NCBI GenBank assembly: GCA_945885345.1
Contig: CAMCYP010000005.1
Location: 7,021-71,020 of the forward strand
Length of the DNA stretch: 64,000 nt
From: Bordetella parapertussis
GTDB taxonomy: Bacteria > Pseudomonadota > Gammaproteobacteria > Burkholderiales > SG8-41
Reading direction: 5' to 3'
Positions 1 through 14,182 of the stretch are shown piece after piece. The notes under the pieces were generated by a model, which saw only the letters and a program-made list of their open reading frames with translations, was not told where the DNA came from and made no database searches. A program made the translations under genes and the position numbers. Position 1 is the stretch's first letter; every line of letters starts with the position of its first letter.

Positions 1-45
1 CCGTTCCGCTTGTCGTATCAAACCCAATAAAATCAGGAGCTTGTC

Positions 46-4411
<4,366 letters not shown>

Positions 4412-4432
4412 CCCGTTATCCGGAGCATATCC

Positions 4433-4906
4433 ATGGCGAAAACCCCATTGACGGTCAAAGGCGCAGAAATGCTGCGCAACGAGCTGCATGAACTGAAAAC
4501 CGTGCAGCGTCCCGCCATCATCACGGCCATTGCCGAGGCGCGTTCACACGGCGATCTGTCGGAAAACGCCGAATATGCCGCGGCCAAGGAACGGCAGAGT
4601 TTCATCGAAGGCCGCATCGCAGAAGTGGAGTCGAAAGTCTCCAATGCGCAGATCATCGATCCGTCGATGATGGATACCGACGGCCGCTGCGTGTTCGGCG
4701 CGACGGTGGATCTGGAAGAGGTCGGTGGTGCTGCGGTGACCTACCAGATCGTCGGTGACGACGAAGCTGATATCAAGCTGGGCAAAATCTCCATCAGTTC
4801 TCCGATTGCCCGCGCCCTGATCGGCAAGTACGCCGGTGACATGGCCGAAGTGCATGCCCCCAGTGGTGTGCGCGAATACGAGATCATCGATATCCGCTAC
4901 GTCTGA
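4433..4906 (+). CDS. greA: transcription elongation factor GreA
   Basis: 157 aa. N-terminal coiled-coil ([17 protein letters not shown]) and C-terminal GreA/GreB domain ([14 protein letters not shown]). Confidence 0.93.
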   Translation: MAKTPLTVKGAEMLRNELHELKTVQRPAIITAIAEARSHGDLSENAEYAAAKERQSFIEGRIAEVESKVSNAQIIDPSMMDTDGRCVFGATVDLEEVGGAAVTYQIVGDDEADIKLGKISISSPIARALIGKYAGDMAEVHAPSGVREYEIIDIRYV

Positions 4907-5364
4907 TGCGCGGCATCGTTGATGCCTTGCAGTCGATGGCTGCGACGCTGTGGGTGGGCGGGATGTGGGCCATCGGTTTCATCGTGGCGCCGGTGTTGTT
5001 CGCCACATTACCCGACCGCGCACTGGCCGGACTGCTCGCCGGGAAACTCTTTTCATTGATCGCATGGATCGGCATTGCCTGCGCGATTTACCTGATCATT
5101 TACCGACTGGCGCGTGACGGCGCGGGCGCATTGCGCCAGGGATTGTTCTGGATCGTGCTGCTGATGCTGGTGCTGACGATTGCGGGGGAGTTCGGCGTGC
5201 AGCCGGTGCTGGCAGCGCTGAAGGAGCGGGCGCTGCCCAAGCAGGTCATGGAATCGGTGCTGCGGGATCGCTTTGCCGCATGGCACGGCGTGGCCAGCGG
5301 GCTTTACGTAATCCAGAGCGTGTTCGGTGCGGCGCTGATGATCCTGCTGGGGCGCGGAAAATAA
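4906..5364 (+). CDS. DUF4149-like integral membrane protein
   Basis: 152 aa with four hydrophobic helices. Start overlaps the greA stop. No catalytic motif recognised. Confidence 0.7.
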   Translation: MRGIVDALQSMAATLWVGGMWAIGFIVAPVLFATLPDRALAGLLAGKLFSLIAWIGIACAIYLIIYRLARDGAGALRQGLFWIVLLMLVLTIAGEFGVQPVLAALKERALPKQVMESVLRDRFAAWHGVASGLYVIQSVFGAALMILLGRGK

Positions 5365-5398
5365 TTGTTTAAAAACAATTACTTATAGGGTTTAACGG

Positions 5399-5812
5399 TC
5401 AGGAACCCTGGAAGCTGCGCTTGGTGCGTCGTGGCCCGGGTTTGGCTTTGCGCGGTCCCGGCCGGGACGGACGCCCGAGGTCTTTTTTGGTTGCGGATTT
5501 TGCTTCACGAAGCTGGCGTGATTTTGAGGCTGGCTCGTCGTCGGGGCGCGGGCGGAAGATCACCAGGATTTTTCCGATATGCTGCACGGCAACGGCATCG
5601 AGTGGCGTGCAGATGGCCTCGATCATCGCAGCGCGCGCGTCACGGTCATCGCCGAATATGCGGATCTTGATCAGTTCGTGGCTTTTCAGGCTGACATCGA
5701 TTTCATGAAGCACGGTCGGCGTCAGGCCGGCATCGCCGACGATGACCACCGGTTGCAGGTGATGCGCCCGGGCTTTTAATGCGCGGCGCTGCGCAGGATT
5801 CAGATTAAGCAT
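5399..5812 (-). CDS. yhbY: YhbY/CRM-domain RNA-binding protein with basic C-terminal tail
   Basis: 137 aa. N-terminus LNPAQRRALKARAHHLQPVVIVGDAGLT...HELIKIRI is typical of YhbY. Divergent from rlmE as in many proteobacteria. Confidence 0.85.
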   Translation of the reverse strand: MLNLNPAQRRALKARAHHLQPVVIVGDAGLTPTVLHEIDVSLKSHELIKIRIFGDDRDARAAMIEAICTPLDAVAVQHIGKILVIFRPRPDDEPASKSRQLREAKSATKKDLGRPSRPGPRKAKPGPRRTKRSFQGS

Positions 5813-5866
5813 GCAGGCAGTTTAACAGGCTATTGCACAGACATTTACTGAAGAAGCGGAACAAGA

Positions 5867-6493
5867 ATGGCCCGCAGCAAAACCAGCAAAGCGTGGATGC
5901 AGGAGCATGTCAACGATCCCTATGTGCGCAAGGCACAGGCGGAAGGCATGCGTTCACGCGCAGCCTACAAACTGGAGCAGCTCGCTGAACGCGACAAGCT
6001 GCTGAAGCCCGGCATGACCGTGGTTGATCTCGGCGCAGCGCCCGGAGGCTGGTCGCAGGTTGCCGGCCGTGTAGCCGGAAGTAGCGGCCGCGTGGTGGCG
6101 GTGGATCTGCTGGACATGACCCCGGTCGCGGGCGTGACCTTTATCCGGGGTGATTTCGGAGAAGACGCCGTGCTGACGGAAGTGAAGCAGGCCATCGGTG
6201 ACGGTGGCGTAGACCTTGTGCTTTCGGATATGGCCCCCAATATCAGCGGTGTATCGAGTGTAGATCAGGCGCGCAGTGTGGGGCTGGCCGAGCTGGCGCT
6301 GGATTTTGCTGTCAACCACCTGAAACCGCAGGGGAATTTTCTGGTCAAAGTGTTCCAAGGATCGGGGTTTGAGGCGCTGGTGGCGGATATCCGGCGCAAA
6401 TTTGTCCAGGTCATGATCCGCAAGCCCGAGGCGTCTCGCAGTCGTTCCAGTGAGGTCTATGTCGTGGCCAAGGGCCTGAAGGTCCGTGGCTGA
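5867..6493 (+). CDS. rlmE: 23S rRNA (uridine-2'-O)-methyltransferase RlmE/FtsJ
   Basis: 208 aa. SAM motif VVDLGAAPGGWSQV, DLVLSDMAPN. Lies upstream of ftsH. Confidence 0.93.
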   Translation: MARSKTSKAWMQEHVNDPYVRKAQAEGMRSRAAYKLEQLAERDKLLKPGMTVVDLGAAPGGWSQVAGRVAGSSGRVVAVDLLDMTPVAGVTFIRGDFGEDAVLTEVKQAIGDGGVDLVLSDMAPNISGVSSVDQARSVGLAELALDFAVNHLKPQGNFLVKVFQGSGFEALVADIRRKFVQVMIRKPEASRSRSSEVYVVAKGLKVRG

Positions 6494-6609
6494 GGGTTCC
6501 GCTGCGGGGTTGCTGCTGCGGTGCGGGAAAAAAGAGTCTAGAATTGAATCACTTAGGTTTATTTTAGTGCGGCGGCGGCCCCCAGGGCTGCGCGCAACGA
6601 GGAGCGATT

Positions 6610-8499
6610 TTGAACAATCTGATGAAGAACATGGCGATCTGGCTGGTGATCGCGCTGGTGTTGATGACGGTATTCAACCAATTCAACGCGCGGCAGACCA
6701 CGCAGAAGGCCATGGAGTATTCCCAGTTCATCGACGAGGTGAAGCAGGGCCGGATTGCCAAGGTCACCATCGAAGGCCGTGTGGTGAAGGGCGTCAAATC
6801 GACCGGCGAGAAATTCACCACCTACGCGCCCTCCGACATCTGGATGGTCACCGACCTGCTGAAGAACGGTGTCATCGTCGAGGCCAAGCCCGAGGAGGAG
6901 CCCTCGCTGCTGATGAACATCTTCGTGTCGTGGTTCCCGATGCTGCTGCTGATCGGCGTGTGGGTGTTTTTCATGCGCCAGATGCAGGGCGGTGGCCGCG
7001 GCGGTGCCTTCAGTTTTGGCAAGAGCAAGGCGCGATTGCTCGACGAAAACAACAATACGGTGACCTTTGCCGATGTTGCCGGCTGCGAAGAAGCCAAGGA
7101 AGAAGTGTCCGAACTGGTCGAGTTCCTGCGTGACCCGTCGAAATTCCAGAAACTCGGTGGTCGCATTCCGCGCGGCGTGCTGATGGTCGGCAATCCCGGC
7201 ACCGGCAAGACGCTGCTGGCGCGCGCGATTGCGGGTGAAGCCAAAGTGCCGTTTTTCTCGATCTCCGGTTCGGATTTTGTCGAGATGTTTGTCGGCGTAG
7301 GCGCGGCCCGCGTGCGCGACATGTTCGAGAACGCCAAGAAACACGCACCCTGCATCGTATTCATCGACGAAATTGACGCGGTTGGCCGCCAGCGCGGCGC
7401 CGGTCTCGGCGGCGGCAATGACGAGCGCGAACAGACACTGAACCAGTTGCTGGTGGAAATGGACGGCTTTGAGGCGAACTCGGGCGTCATCATCATCGCT
7501 GCGACCAACCGTCCCGACGTGCTTGATCCGGCGCTGATGCGCCCGGGCCGTTTTGATCGCCAGGTCGTGGTGCCGCTGCCCGACATCCGCGGCCGCGAAC
7601 AGATCCTGCTGGTGCACATGCGCAAAGTGCCGGTGGCGCCCGACGTCAAGGCTGACATCATCGGACGTGGCACGCCGGGATTCTCCGGTGCCGACCTCGC
7701 CAACCTCGTCAACGAGGCGGCCTTGTTCGCTGCGCGCGGCAACAAGCGCCTGGTTGACATGGAAGATTTCGAGCGCGCCAAGGACAAGATCATCATGGGG
7801 GCCGAGCGCCGTTCGATGGTCATGCCGGAACACGAGCGCCGCAACACCGCGTACCACGAAGCCGGCCACGCACTGGTCGCGCGCCGCCTGTCGCGTACCG
7901 ATCCGGTGCACAAGGTCACCATCATCCCGCGCGGTCGCGCGCTGGGCGTGACCATGCAGTTGCCGACGGAAGACCGCTACAGCATGGACAAGGAACAGTT
8001 GCTGCAGAACATCGCGGTGCTGTTCGGTGGCCGCATTGCCGAGGAAGTATTCATGGGGCAAATGACCACCGGCGCGTCCAATGACTTCGAACGTGCCACC
8101 GACATGGCGCGTAACATGGTGATGCGCTGGGGCATGAGCGACAGCCTGGGTCCGATGGTCTACGGCGAGAACGAGGGCGAGGTATTCCTCGGCCGTTCGG
8201 TTACCACGCATAAAAACGTGTCGGAGACGACCATGCAGCAGGTCGACGCCGAAATCCGCCGCATCATCGACCAGCAGTACGCGCTGGCGCGCAAGCTGAT
8301 CGAGGAAGACCGCGAAAAGGTCGAGGCGATGGCGAAGGCGCTGCTTGAATGGGAAACCATCGATGCCGAGCAGATTGAGGACATCATGCAGGGGCGCGCG
8401 CCACGTGCGCCCAAACCGGTAGCGTCACAGCCGCCGAAACCGCCGCGCGACAGCACCCCTGGTGCGACAGCAACCAGCAAGCCGGCGGCCGAGGCCTGA
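6610..8499 (+). CDS. ftsH: ATP-dependent zinc metalloprotease FtsH
   Basis: 629 aa. Two N-terminal TM helices, Walker A GNPGTGKT, Walker B IVFIDEID, zinc site [11 protein letters not shown] start 6 nt after GAGGAG; an ATG at 6622 is an alternative. Confidence 0.96.
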   Translation: MNNLMKNMAIWLVIALVLMTVFNQFNARQTTQKAMEYSQFIDEVKQGRIAKVTIEGRVVKGVKSTGEKFTTYAPSDIWMVTDLLKNGVIVEAKPEEEPSLLMNIFVSWFPMLLLIGVWVFFMRQMQGGGRGGAFSFGKSKARLLDENNNTVTFADVAGCEEAKEEVSELVEFLRDPSKFQKLGGRIPRGVLMVGNPGTGKTLLARAIAGEAKVPFFSISGSDFVEMFVGVGAARVRDMFENAKKHAPCIVFIDEIDAVGRQRGAGLGGGNDEREQTLNQLLVEMDGFEANSGVIIIAATNRPDVLDPALMRPGRFDRQVVVPLPDIRGREQILLVHMRKVPVAPDVKADIIGRGTPGFSGADLANLVNEAALFAARGNKRLVDMEDFERAKDKIIMGAERRSMVMPEHERRNTAYHEAGHALVARRLSRTDPVHKVTIIPRGRALGVTMQLPTEDRYSMDKEQLLQNIAVLFGGRIAEEVFMGQMTTGASNDFERATDMARNMVMRWGMSDSLGPMVYGENEGEVFLGRSVTTHKNVSETTMQQVDAEIRRIIDQQYALARKLIEEDREKVEAMAKALLEWETIDAEQIEDIMQGRAPRAPKPVASQPPKPPRDSTPGATATSKPAAEA

Positions 8500-8552
8500 T
8501 AACCGCGTTTGTGTAATCTGCGGTGATCCGCGGATAAAGGTGGTCAAACCGG

Positions 8553-8581
8553 GTGGCGGAATTTTCCGCCACTCTTTTTTT
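8553..8581 (+). terminator. Rho-independent terminator after ftsH
   Basis: Hairpin GTGGCGG-aatttt-CCGCCAC followed by TCTTTTTTT. Confidence 0.7.
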
Positions 8582-8596
8582 GAGTGATGCCCGGCG

Positions 8597-9424
8597 ATGT
8601 TTCTTCAGTGCGGCAAATACAGGCTGTCACTTGCGCGTCCGCTGATCATGGGCGTGATCAACGTCACCCCTGATTCATTTTCCGACGGCGGACGTTTTTT
8701 TTCGGCTGCCGCGGCCGTTGCGCATGCACGGCAACTGATAGCCGAAGGCGCCGATTTGCTCGACGTCGGTGGTGAGTCGACGCGGCCCGGCGCCGCACCG
8801 GTTACCCTGGAAGAAGAGCGGCGCCGCGTATTGCCGGTGCTGGAGGCGCTGGCAGATGCGGGCGTGCCACTGTCGGTCGATACCCAGAAACCGGAACTGA
8901 TGCGTGAGGTGGTGGCGGCGGGTGCCGCGATGGTCAATGACGTCAACGGTTTCCAGGCTCCGGGGGCGCTGGCGACGGTTGCCGGCAGCAATTGCGCGAT
9001 CTGCATCATGCACAAGCAAGGTGATCCGCAGACCATGCAGCAGGTGCCGCAATACGCCGATGTCGTGGCCGAGGTACACGATTACCTGCGGCAGCGCATC
9101 ACGGCGGCGGAGCAAGCCGGCATTGCCCGCGACCGCATGGTTGTCGATCCGGGCTTCGGTTTTGGCAAAACGCTGGACCACAACCTCGAACTGCTGCGGC
9201 GTCTGAAAGAGTTTTCGGCCTTGTCCGTGCCGGTGCTGGCGGGGCTGTCGCGCAAATCGATGATCGGCAAACTTACCGGCAGAGAGGCCGGCGATCGTCT
9301 CGCAGGTAGCGTTGCGGCAGCGCTGTTTGCGGTGCAGCGCGGCGCGTCCATCGTGCGGGTACACGATGTGGCGGCGACGCGGGATGCGTTGGCAGTTTGG
9401 CAGGCGGTCAGTGCGGGTGATTAA
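8597..9424 (+). CDS. folP: dihydropteroate synthase
   Basis: 275 aa. Pterin-binding motif GVINVTPDSFSDGG, VDPGFGFGK. Confidence 0.94.
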   Translation: MFLQCGKYRLSLARPLIMGVINVTPDSFSDGGRFFSAAAAVAHARQLIAEGADLLDVGGESTRPGAAPVTLEEERRRVLPVLEALADAGVPLSVDTQKPELMREVVAAGAAMVNDVNGFQAPGALATVAGSNCAICIMHKQGDPQTMQQVPQYADVVAEVHDYLRQRITAAEQAGIARDRMVVDPGFGFGKTLDHNLELLRRLKEFSALSVPVLAGLSRKSMIGKLTGREAGDRLAGSVAAALFAVQRGASIVRVHDVAATRDALAVWQAVSAGD

Positions 9425-9541
9425 GTGATTGGGTGGCGATGTGATTCAGCGTGAGGTATCGAGTAATGGCTAATGGGCTCAAAACCGCTGTAACATTCAT
9501 GTCAAACAAGCAGGCTCTTCATCACCTAATCACTTAATCAC
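9417..9541. repeat. 19-bp inverted repeat pair flanking about 87 bp, MITE/REP-like, in the folP-glmM spacer
   Basis: Left arm GTGATTAAGTGATTGGGTG (9417-9435). The reverse complement of the right arm (9523-9541) is GTGATTAAGTGATTAGGTG, an 18/19 match. The left arm contains the folP TAA stop. Confidence 0.75.
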
Positions 9542-9550
9542 TGATTTTCA

Positions 9551-10897
9551 ATGACCAGAAAATATTTCGGCACCGACGGTGTACGCGGCACGGTGGGCGT
9601 GGCACCGATCACCCCGGATTTCGTGATGCGCCTCGGTTATGCCGCCGGCAAGGTGCTGGCGCGCAAGGCCGGCAGTGAACGTCCTGCGGTGCTGATCGGC
9701 AAGGATACCCGGGTGTCCGGTTACATGCTCGAGTCCGCGCTGGAAGCCGGGCTGTCGGCGGCCGGCGTCGATGTATTGTTGGTGGGCCCGATGCCGACAC
9801 CTGGCGTGGCTTATCTGACGCGGGCGCTGCGCCTGTCCGCCGGTATCGTCATCAGCGCCTCGCACAATCCGCATCAGGACAACGGCATCAAGTTTTTCTC
9901 TGCGGCCGGCACCAAGCTCGCTGATGCGACCGAGGCGGCGATCGAGGCCGCTCTCGATAAACCGCTGCAGTGCGCTTCATCGGCGCGGCTGGGCAAGGCG
10001 CGGCGCGTTGAGGATGCGGCGGGGCGTTATATCGAATTCTGTAAAAGCACTTTCCCGGCCAACCTCGATCTGCGTGGTTTGCGCATCGCGGTGGATTGCG
10101 CGCATGGCGCCGGGTATCACATTGCACCGCATGTTTTCCATGAGCTGGGTGCCGAGGTAGTTACGGTCGGTGCTGCGCCCGACGGTTTCAACATCAACAA
10201 GGGCGTTGGTGCAACCAATCCTGAATCGCTGCGCCGTGCAGTGCTTAAGGCCAGGGCCGACCTTGGCATCGCACTCGACGGCGACGGCGACCGATTGATC
10301 ATGGCGGATGCCGCCGGACGCATTTATGACGGCGATGAACTGTTGTATGTGATCGCTGCGCACCGCAAGCGCGTGCGTACGCTGAAAGGTGGTGTCATCG
10401 GTACGCAGATGACCAATCTGGCGATGGCGCAGGCACTGGCGAAATTGAAAATTCCGTTTGCCCGTGCCAAGGTCGGTGACCGTTATGTGCTGGAGATGCT
10501 CGAGGCGCGCGGCTGGCAACTCGGAGGCGAAAATTCCGGCCACATCATCTGTCTCGACCAGCACACCACGGGGGACGCCATCGTCTCCGCGCTGCAGGTA
10601 CTGCAGGCTTTGCTCAGTGCTAAAACCACGCTGGCCAAGGCGGTGGATTTTGTCTTGTATCCGCAGGTACTGGTCAATGTGCGCGTGGCGAACGGCGCTG
10701 CGCGTACTGCGCTGACGGCTGCGGCAGTGACCAGGGCGGTGGCCGCAGCGGAGCGCGCGCTGGATGGCGCAGGGCGTGTGCTGTTGCGGCCGTCGGGTAC
10801 CGAGCCGCTGATCCGCGTGATGGTCGAAGGATCATCGAAGACCAATGTGACGCGGCTGGCTGCTGCCATCGCCAAAGCTGTTCAGGCTGCAGGCTGA
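9551..10897 (+). CDS. glmM: phosphoglucosamine mutase
   Basis: 448 aa. [13 protein letters not shown], active-site loop SASHNP, LDGDGDR metal loop. Confidence 0.95.
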   Translation: MTRKYFGTDGVRGTVGVAPITPDFVMRLGYAAGKVLARKAGSERPAVLIGKDTRVSGYMLESALEAGLSAAGVDVLLVGPMPTPGVAYLTRALRLSAGIVISASHNPHQDNGIKFFSAAGTKLADATEAAIEAALDKPLQCASSARLGKARRVEDAAGRYIEFCKSTFPANLDLRGLRIAVDCAHGAGYHIAPHVFHELGAEVVTVGAAPDGFNINKGVGATNPESLRRAVLKARADLGIALDGDGDRLIMADAAGRIYDGDELLYVIAAHRKRVRTLKGGVIGTQMTNLAMAQALAKLKIPFARAKVGDRYVLEMLEARGWQLGGENSGHIICLDQHTTGDAIVSALQVLQALLSAKTTLAKAVDFVLYPQVLVNVRVANGAARTALTAAAVTRAVAAAERALDGAGRVLLRPSGTEPLIRVMVEGSSKTNVTRLAAAIAKAVQAAG

Positions 10898-10948
10898 CTT
10901 AGTTAGCTAGCTAAGATAAATAATTGATTTTATTTGTTTATTTTTATA

Positions 10949-10984
10949 TTGACGGCTTTTTATTATTTCCATATTATTGGAAAT
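10949..10984 (+). promoter_or_regulatory. candidate sigma70 promoter with dyad operator in front of arsR
   Basis: TTGACG (10949-10954), 17-nt spacer, TATTAT (10972-10977). Dyad ATTTCCA-tattat-TGGAAAT (10965-10984) brackets the -10. The ATG at 10985 is 7 nt after the -10 with no SD. Confidence 0.45.
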
Positions 10985-11329
10985 ATGAAAACAAAAGACG
11001 CCGTTACAGCCTTGGCCGCCCTGGCGCAGGAATCCCGTCTGGGTGTTTATCGCCTGCTGGTACAGGCTGGCCCGGATGGGATGGCCGCCGGCGCCATTGC
11101 CGACGAGCTCGGTTTGCCGCCACCGACGCTGTCCTTCCATCTGAAAGAATTGAGCAACGCCGGACTGGCGATCTCGCGCCAGGAAGGACGTTACGTCATT
11201 TATTCGGCGAATTTCGGCAATGCGCTGAAGCTGGTCAATTTTCTTACCGAGAACTGCTGCGGCGGTCAATCCTGTCTACCCGAATGCGCGCCGGCCGTTG
11301 CAGCTACTACTGAAGGAGCAATGCCATGA
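10985..11329 (+). CDS. arsR: ArsR/SmtB family transcriptional repressor
   Basis: wHTH core ESRLGVYRLL...ELGLPPPTLSFHLKEL and C-terminal Cys cluster ENCCGGQSCLPEC. The track ORF starts at 10934, but the upstream codons are AT-rich promoter-like sequence. Confidence 0.85.
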   Translation: MKTKDAVTALAALAQESRLGVYRLLVQAGPDGMAAGAIADELGLPPPTLSFHLKELSNAGLAISRQEGRYVIYSANFGNALKLVNFLTENCCGGQSCLPECAPAVAATTEGAMP

Positions 11330-11763
11330 AACGCTTTCACATGCATGTTGCGGTGGACGATATTGAACAAAATGTCCGCTTTTATTCCACGTTGTTCGGT
11401 GCAGCACCGACCGTGCACAAACCTGATTACGCGAAGTGGATGCTTGACGATCCGTGTGTCAATTTTGCAATTTCTGCACGTGGCACGAAAACCGGGCTGG
11501 ATCATGTCGGCATCCAGGTCGAAAACCCCGTGGAACTGGCTGATATCCACAGCCGACTTGAGCGCGCTGACCAGCAGATGCTGGAGCAGCAGGCGACGAA
11601 TTGTTGTTACGCGAAGTCAAACAAGTACTGGGTGCAGGATCCGCAGGGTATTGCATGGGAAGCCTATGAGACGCTGGGTGCGGTTCCGGTGTTTGGTGAT
11701 GGCGCGCTGGCAACGCAGCCAGGCATGAACTTGAAGGCGGCCTGTTGTGCGCCGTCACGGTAA
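11326..11763 (+). CDS. arsI: ArsI/CadI-type VOC (glyoxalase fold) metalloenzyme, candidate C-As lyase
   Basis: 145 aa. Candidate metal ligands H5/H7, H60, E112 and a vicinal Cys pair C93-C94 (NCCYAKS), as described for ArsI. Start overlaps the arsR stop (ATGA). Confidence 0.65.
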   Translation: MKRFHMHVAVDDIEQNVRFYSTLFGAAPTVHKPDYAKWMLDDPCVNFAISARGTKTGLDHVGIQVENPVELADIHSRLERADQQMLEQQATNCCYAKSNKYWVQDPQGIAWEAYETLGAVPVFGDGALATQPGMNLKAACCAPSR

Positions 11764-11802
11764 ATCCGGGCGCTGACTCAATCAGAAAATCAGGGAAATT
11801 TC

Positions 11803-12306
11803 ATGTCCGACAGCAAAACCTACAATGTACTGTTCCTGTGTACAGGGAATTCTGCACGCAGCATCATGGCCGAGGTCATGCTCAACAGCATGGGCAAGGG
11901 ACGCTTCAGGGCCTGGAGCGCAGGCAGCCATCCCGCGGGCAGGGTGAATCCGTTTGCTCTGGAGCTGCTCGCCAAAAATCAATTGCCGGTCGAAGGATTG
12001 CGCAGCAAGAACTGGGAAGAGTTTGCGAGTCCCGGCGCGCCGCAGATTGATTTTGTGTTTACCGTCTGCGACAACGCCGCCGGCGAAGTCTGTCCGATCT
12101 GGCCGGGACGACCGATGACCGCACACTGGGGCATACCCGATCCGGCGGCTGCCGAAGGCAGCGATGACGACAAGCGCAGGGCTTTTTTCCTCGCCTACAA
12201 CCAGCTCAGTACGCGGCTGTCGCTGTTCGTCAACCTGCCGCTGGATCGTCTGGACAAAATGACCCTGCAGCAGCAGTTGAAGGATATCGGCGCAGTACAG
12301 AAATGA
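11803..12306 (+). CDS. arsC: arsenate reductase, LMW-PTP (thioredoxin-coupled) type
   Basis: 167 aa. P-loop LCTGNSARS plus the downstream Cys pair VCDNAAGEVCP. Confidence 0.88.
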   Translation: MSDSKTYNVLFLCTGNSARSIMAEVMLNSMGKGRFRAWSAGSHPAGRVNPFALELLAKNQLPVEGLRSKNWEEFASPGAPQIDFVFTVCDNAAGEVCPIWPGRPMTAHWGIPDPAAAEGSDDDKRRAFFLAYNQLSTRLSLFVNLPLDRLDKMTLQQQLKDIGAVQK

Positions 12307-12962
12307 GGCTGCGGCGCCGCCTCGCCGCAGAGGGACTGGGTACGGCCTTCCTGCTGGCGACGGTCATCGGCTCCGGCATCATGGGCGAACGCCTCGCCGG
12401 CGGCAATGTCGCGATTGCGCTGCTCGCCAATGCTGTGGCCACGGGGGCAGCGCTGGTGGCCCTGATCCACGCCTTCGGTCCGATATCCGGCGCGCATTTC
12501 AATCCCGCGGTGACGCTGGTGATGATGTTGCGCGGTGAAATTTCCCGGCGCGATACAGCTGCCTTCATTGCAGTGCAGATCATTGCAGCCTATGCCGGTG
12601 TTGCCTGCGCGCACCTGATGTTTGGCGAGCCACTGTTTTTCGAATCGCTGAAAGCGCGTACCGGGCTGGCGCAGTGGTGGAGCGAAGTCGTCGCCACTTT
12701 TGGCTTGATCACGGTGATCCTTGCTTGTGCACGCTCCAGCGCGGCTGCGTTGCCTTATGTGGTGGGCGCCTATATCACTGCCGCGTACTGGTTTACGGCA
12801 TCAACTTCATTTGCCAATCCGGCAGTGACGCTGGCGCGTGCGGCCAGCAATACCTTTGCCGGAATCCGTTTCGCCGATGCCCCGATGTTCATTGTCGCCC
12901 AGCTCGCAGGCGCCTTGCTGGCAGCTGTCGTGATGGGCTGGCTGCTGCGCGGCGAAGAATGA
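12303..12962 (+). CDS. MIP-family aquaglyceroporin (AqpS-like) in an ars cassette
   Basis: 219 aa, six TM segments, two NPA boxes (HFNPAVTL and FANPAVTL). 4-nt overlap with arsC. Confidence 0.85.
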   Translation: MRLRRRLAAEGLGTAFLLATVIGSGIMGERLAGGNVAIALLANAVATGAALVALIHAFGPISGAHFNPAVTLVMMLRGEISRRDTAAFIAVQIIAAYAGVACAHLMFGEPLFFESLKARTGLAQWWSEVVATFGLITVILACARSSAAALPYVVGAYITAAYWFTASTSFANPAVTLARAASNTFAGIRFADAPMFIVAQLAGALLAAVVMGWLLRGEE

Positions 12963-12966
12963 GCGG

Positions 12967-12984
12967 CTGTCATGAAGTTGTCAC
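12967..12984 (+). promoter_or_regulatory. Pho box upstream of pstS
   Basis: CTGTCAT-GAAG-TTGTCAC is two 7-bp direct repeats with a 4-bp spacer, matching the PhoB consensus CTGTCAT-N4-CTGTCAY. It lies about 70 nt upstream of the pstS start. Confidence 0.6.
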
Positions 12985-13049
12985 AGCTCCTGATTACCAT
13001 CCGTGAATCACTCAGCAGACACTAGTGTGATTACGAAAAAACAGGAGAA

Positions 13050-14102
13050 ATGAGAATGAAATTATCAAGCAAAATCAATATGTTAGTCGCAGCGACGGCA
13101 TTTGCGCTGGCAGGGGCTGCCAGTGCCGCTGAAATTACCGGCGCTGGCGCCACGTTTCCGGCGCCGGTTTATGCCAAATGGGCCGAGGCCTACAACAAGG
13201 CCACCGGCAACAAGCTGAATTACCAGTCCATCGGCTCAGGCGGCGGTATTACACAGATCAAGGCCAAGACCGTGGACTTTGGCGCCTCCGACATGCCGCT
13301 GAAACCTGCCGATCTTGAAAAAGACGGCATGATGCAGTTTCCCACGGTGATGGGTGGCGTGGTGCCGGTGGTGAATCTGCAGGGCATCAAGCCGGGTGAA
13401 ATCAAGCTCACCGGCGAAGTGCTGGCCAACATTTACCTCGGCAAAATCAACAAGTGGAATGACCCGGCACTGGTTGCACTGAACCCGGGGCTGAAACTGC
13501 CGGCGCAGGACATCGCCGTGGTGCGTCGCGCTGACGGTTCCGGCACGACATTCATCTTTACCAATTACCTGTCCAAGGTCAGTGCCGAGTGGAAGCAGAA
13601 AGTCGGCGAAGGCACGGCCGTGCAGTGGCCGCTGGGTCTGGGTGGCAAGGGCAATGAAGGTGTTTCGGCCTTCGTGCAGCGTGTGGCCGGTTCGATCGGT
13701 TATGTGGAATATGCCTATGCCAAGCAGAATAAACTGCTGCACACGCAGTTGCAGAATGCCGACAAGGTATTCGTGCAGCCCAGCGACGATGCGTTCAAAG
13801 CCGCGGCGGCGGGTGCAGACTGGAATAAATCGGCATTCTACGAAATCCTGACCAACCAGCCGGGCAAGGCCGCATGGCCGATTTCCGGGGCCACATTCAT
13901 CCTGCTGCACAAAGTGCAGGACAAGCCGGCGCAGGCAGTCGAGGCGATGAAGTTCTTCGACTGGGCCTATAAAAATGGCGACCGGCTTGCTTCTGACCTT
14001 GATTACGTGCCGATGCCTGACAGCGTGGTCAAACTGATCTCGGCTGCATGGGCAGCAAACGTGAAGGATGGTTCCGGCAAGGCAATCTGGACCGGCAAGT
14101 AA
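13050..14102 (+). CDS. pstS: phosphate ABC transporter substrate-binding protein
   Basis: 350 aa. Signal peptide, [21 protein letters not shown] motif. The start may be the ATG at 13056. Confidence 0.94.
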   Translation: MRMKLSSKINMLVAATAFALAGAASAAEITGAGATFPAPVYAKWAEAYNKATGNKLNYQSIGSGGGITQIKAKTVDFGASDMPLKPADLEKDGMMQFPTVMGGVVPVVNLQGIKPGEIKLTGEVLANIYLGKINKWNDPALVALNPGLKLPAQDIAVVRRADGSGTTFIFTNYLSKVSAEWKQKVGEGTAVQWPLGLGGKGNEGVSAFVQRVAGSIGYVEYAYAKQNKLLHTQLQNADKVFVQPSDDAFKAAAAGADWNKSAFYEILTNQPGKAAWPISGATFILLHKVQDKPAQAVEAMKFFDWAYKNGDRLASDLDYVPMPDSVVKLISAAWAANVKDGSGKAIWTGK

Positions 14103-14127
14103 CAGTCGGGCGGTATTTTCCAAGGGG

Positions 14128-14161
14128 CGGCGCTGAGATAAATATCGGCGCCGTCTTTTTT
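14128..14161 (+). terminator. hairpin plus T-tract between pstS and pstC (partial terminator/attenuator)
   Basis: CGGCGC...GCGCCG stem (extendable by G-U and G-C pairs) followed by TCTTTTTT. Confidence 0.45.
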
Positions 14162-14182
14162 AAGGCCGCCCAAAGGAATATC

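Noticed and set aside
6559-8211. 550-aa and 377-aa ORFs antisense to ftsH.
   Set aside because: Same reasoning: antisense to a gene with clear AAA+ and HEAGH motifs, with no motifs of its own.
14048-14182. Upstream 45 codons of track ORF 14048..15211 (pstC).
   Set aside because: They overlap the pstS 3' end and the intercistronic hairpin. ATG 14183 gives a normal PstC N-terminus.
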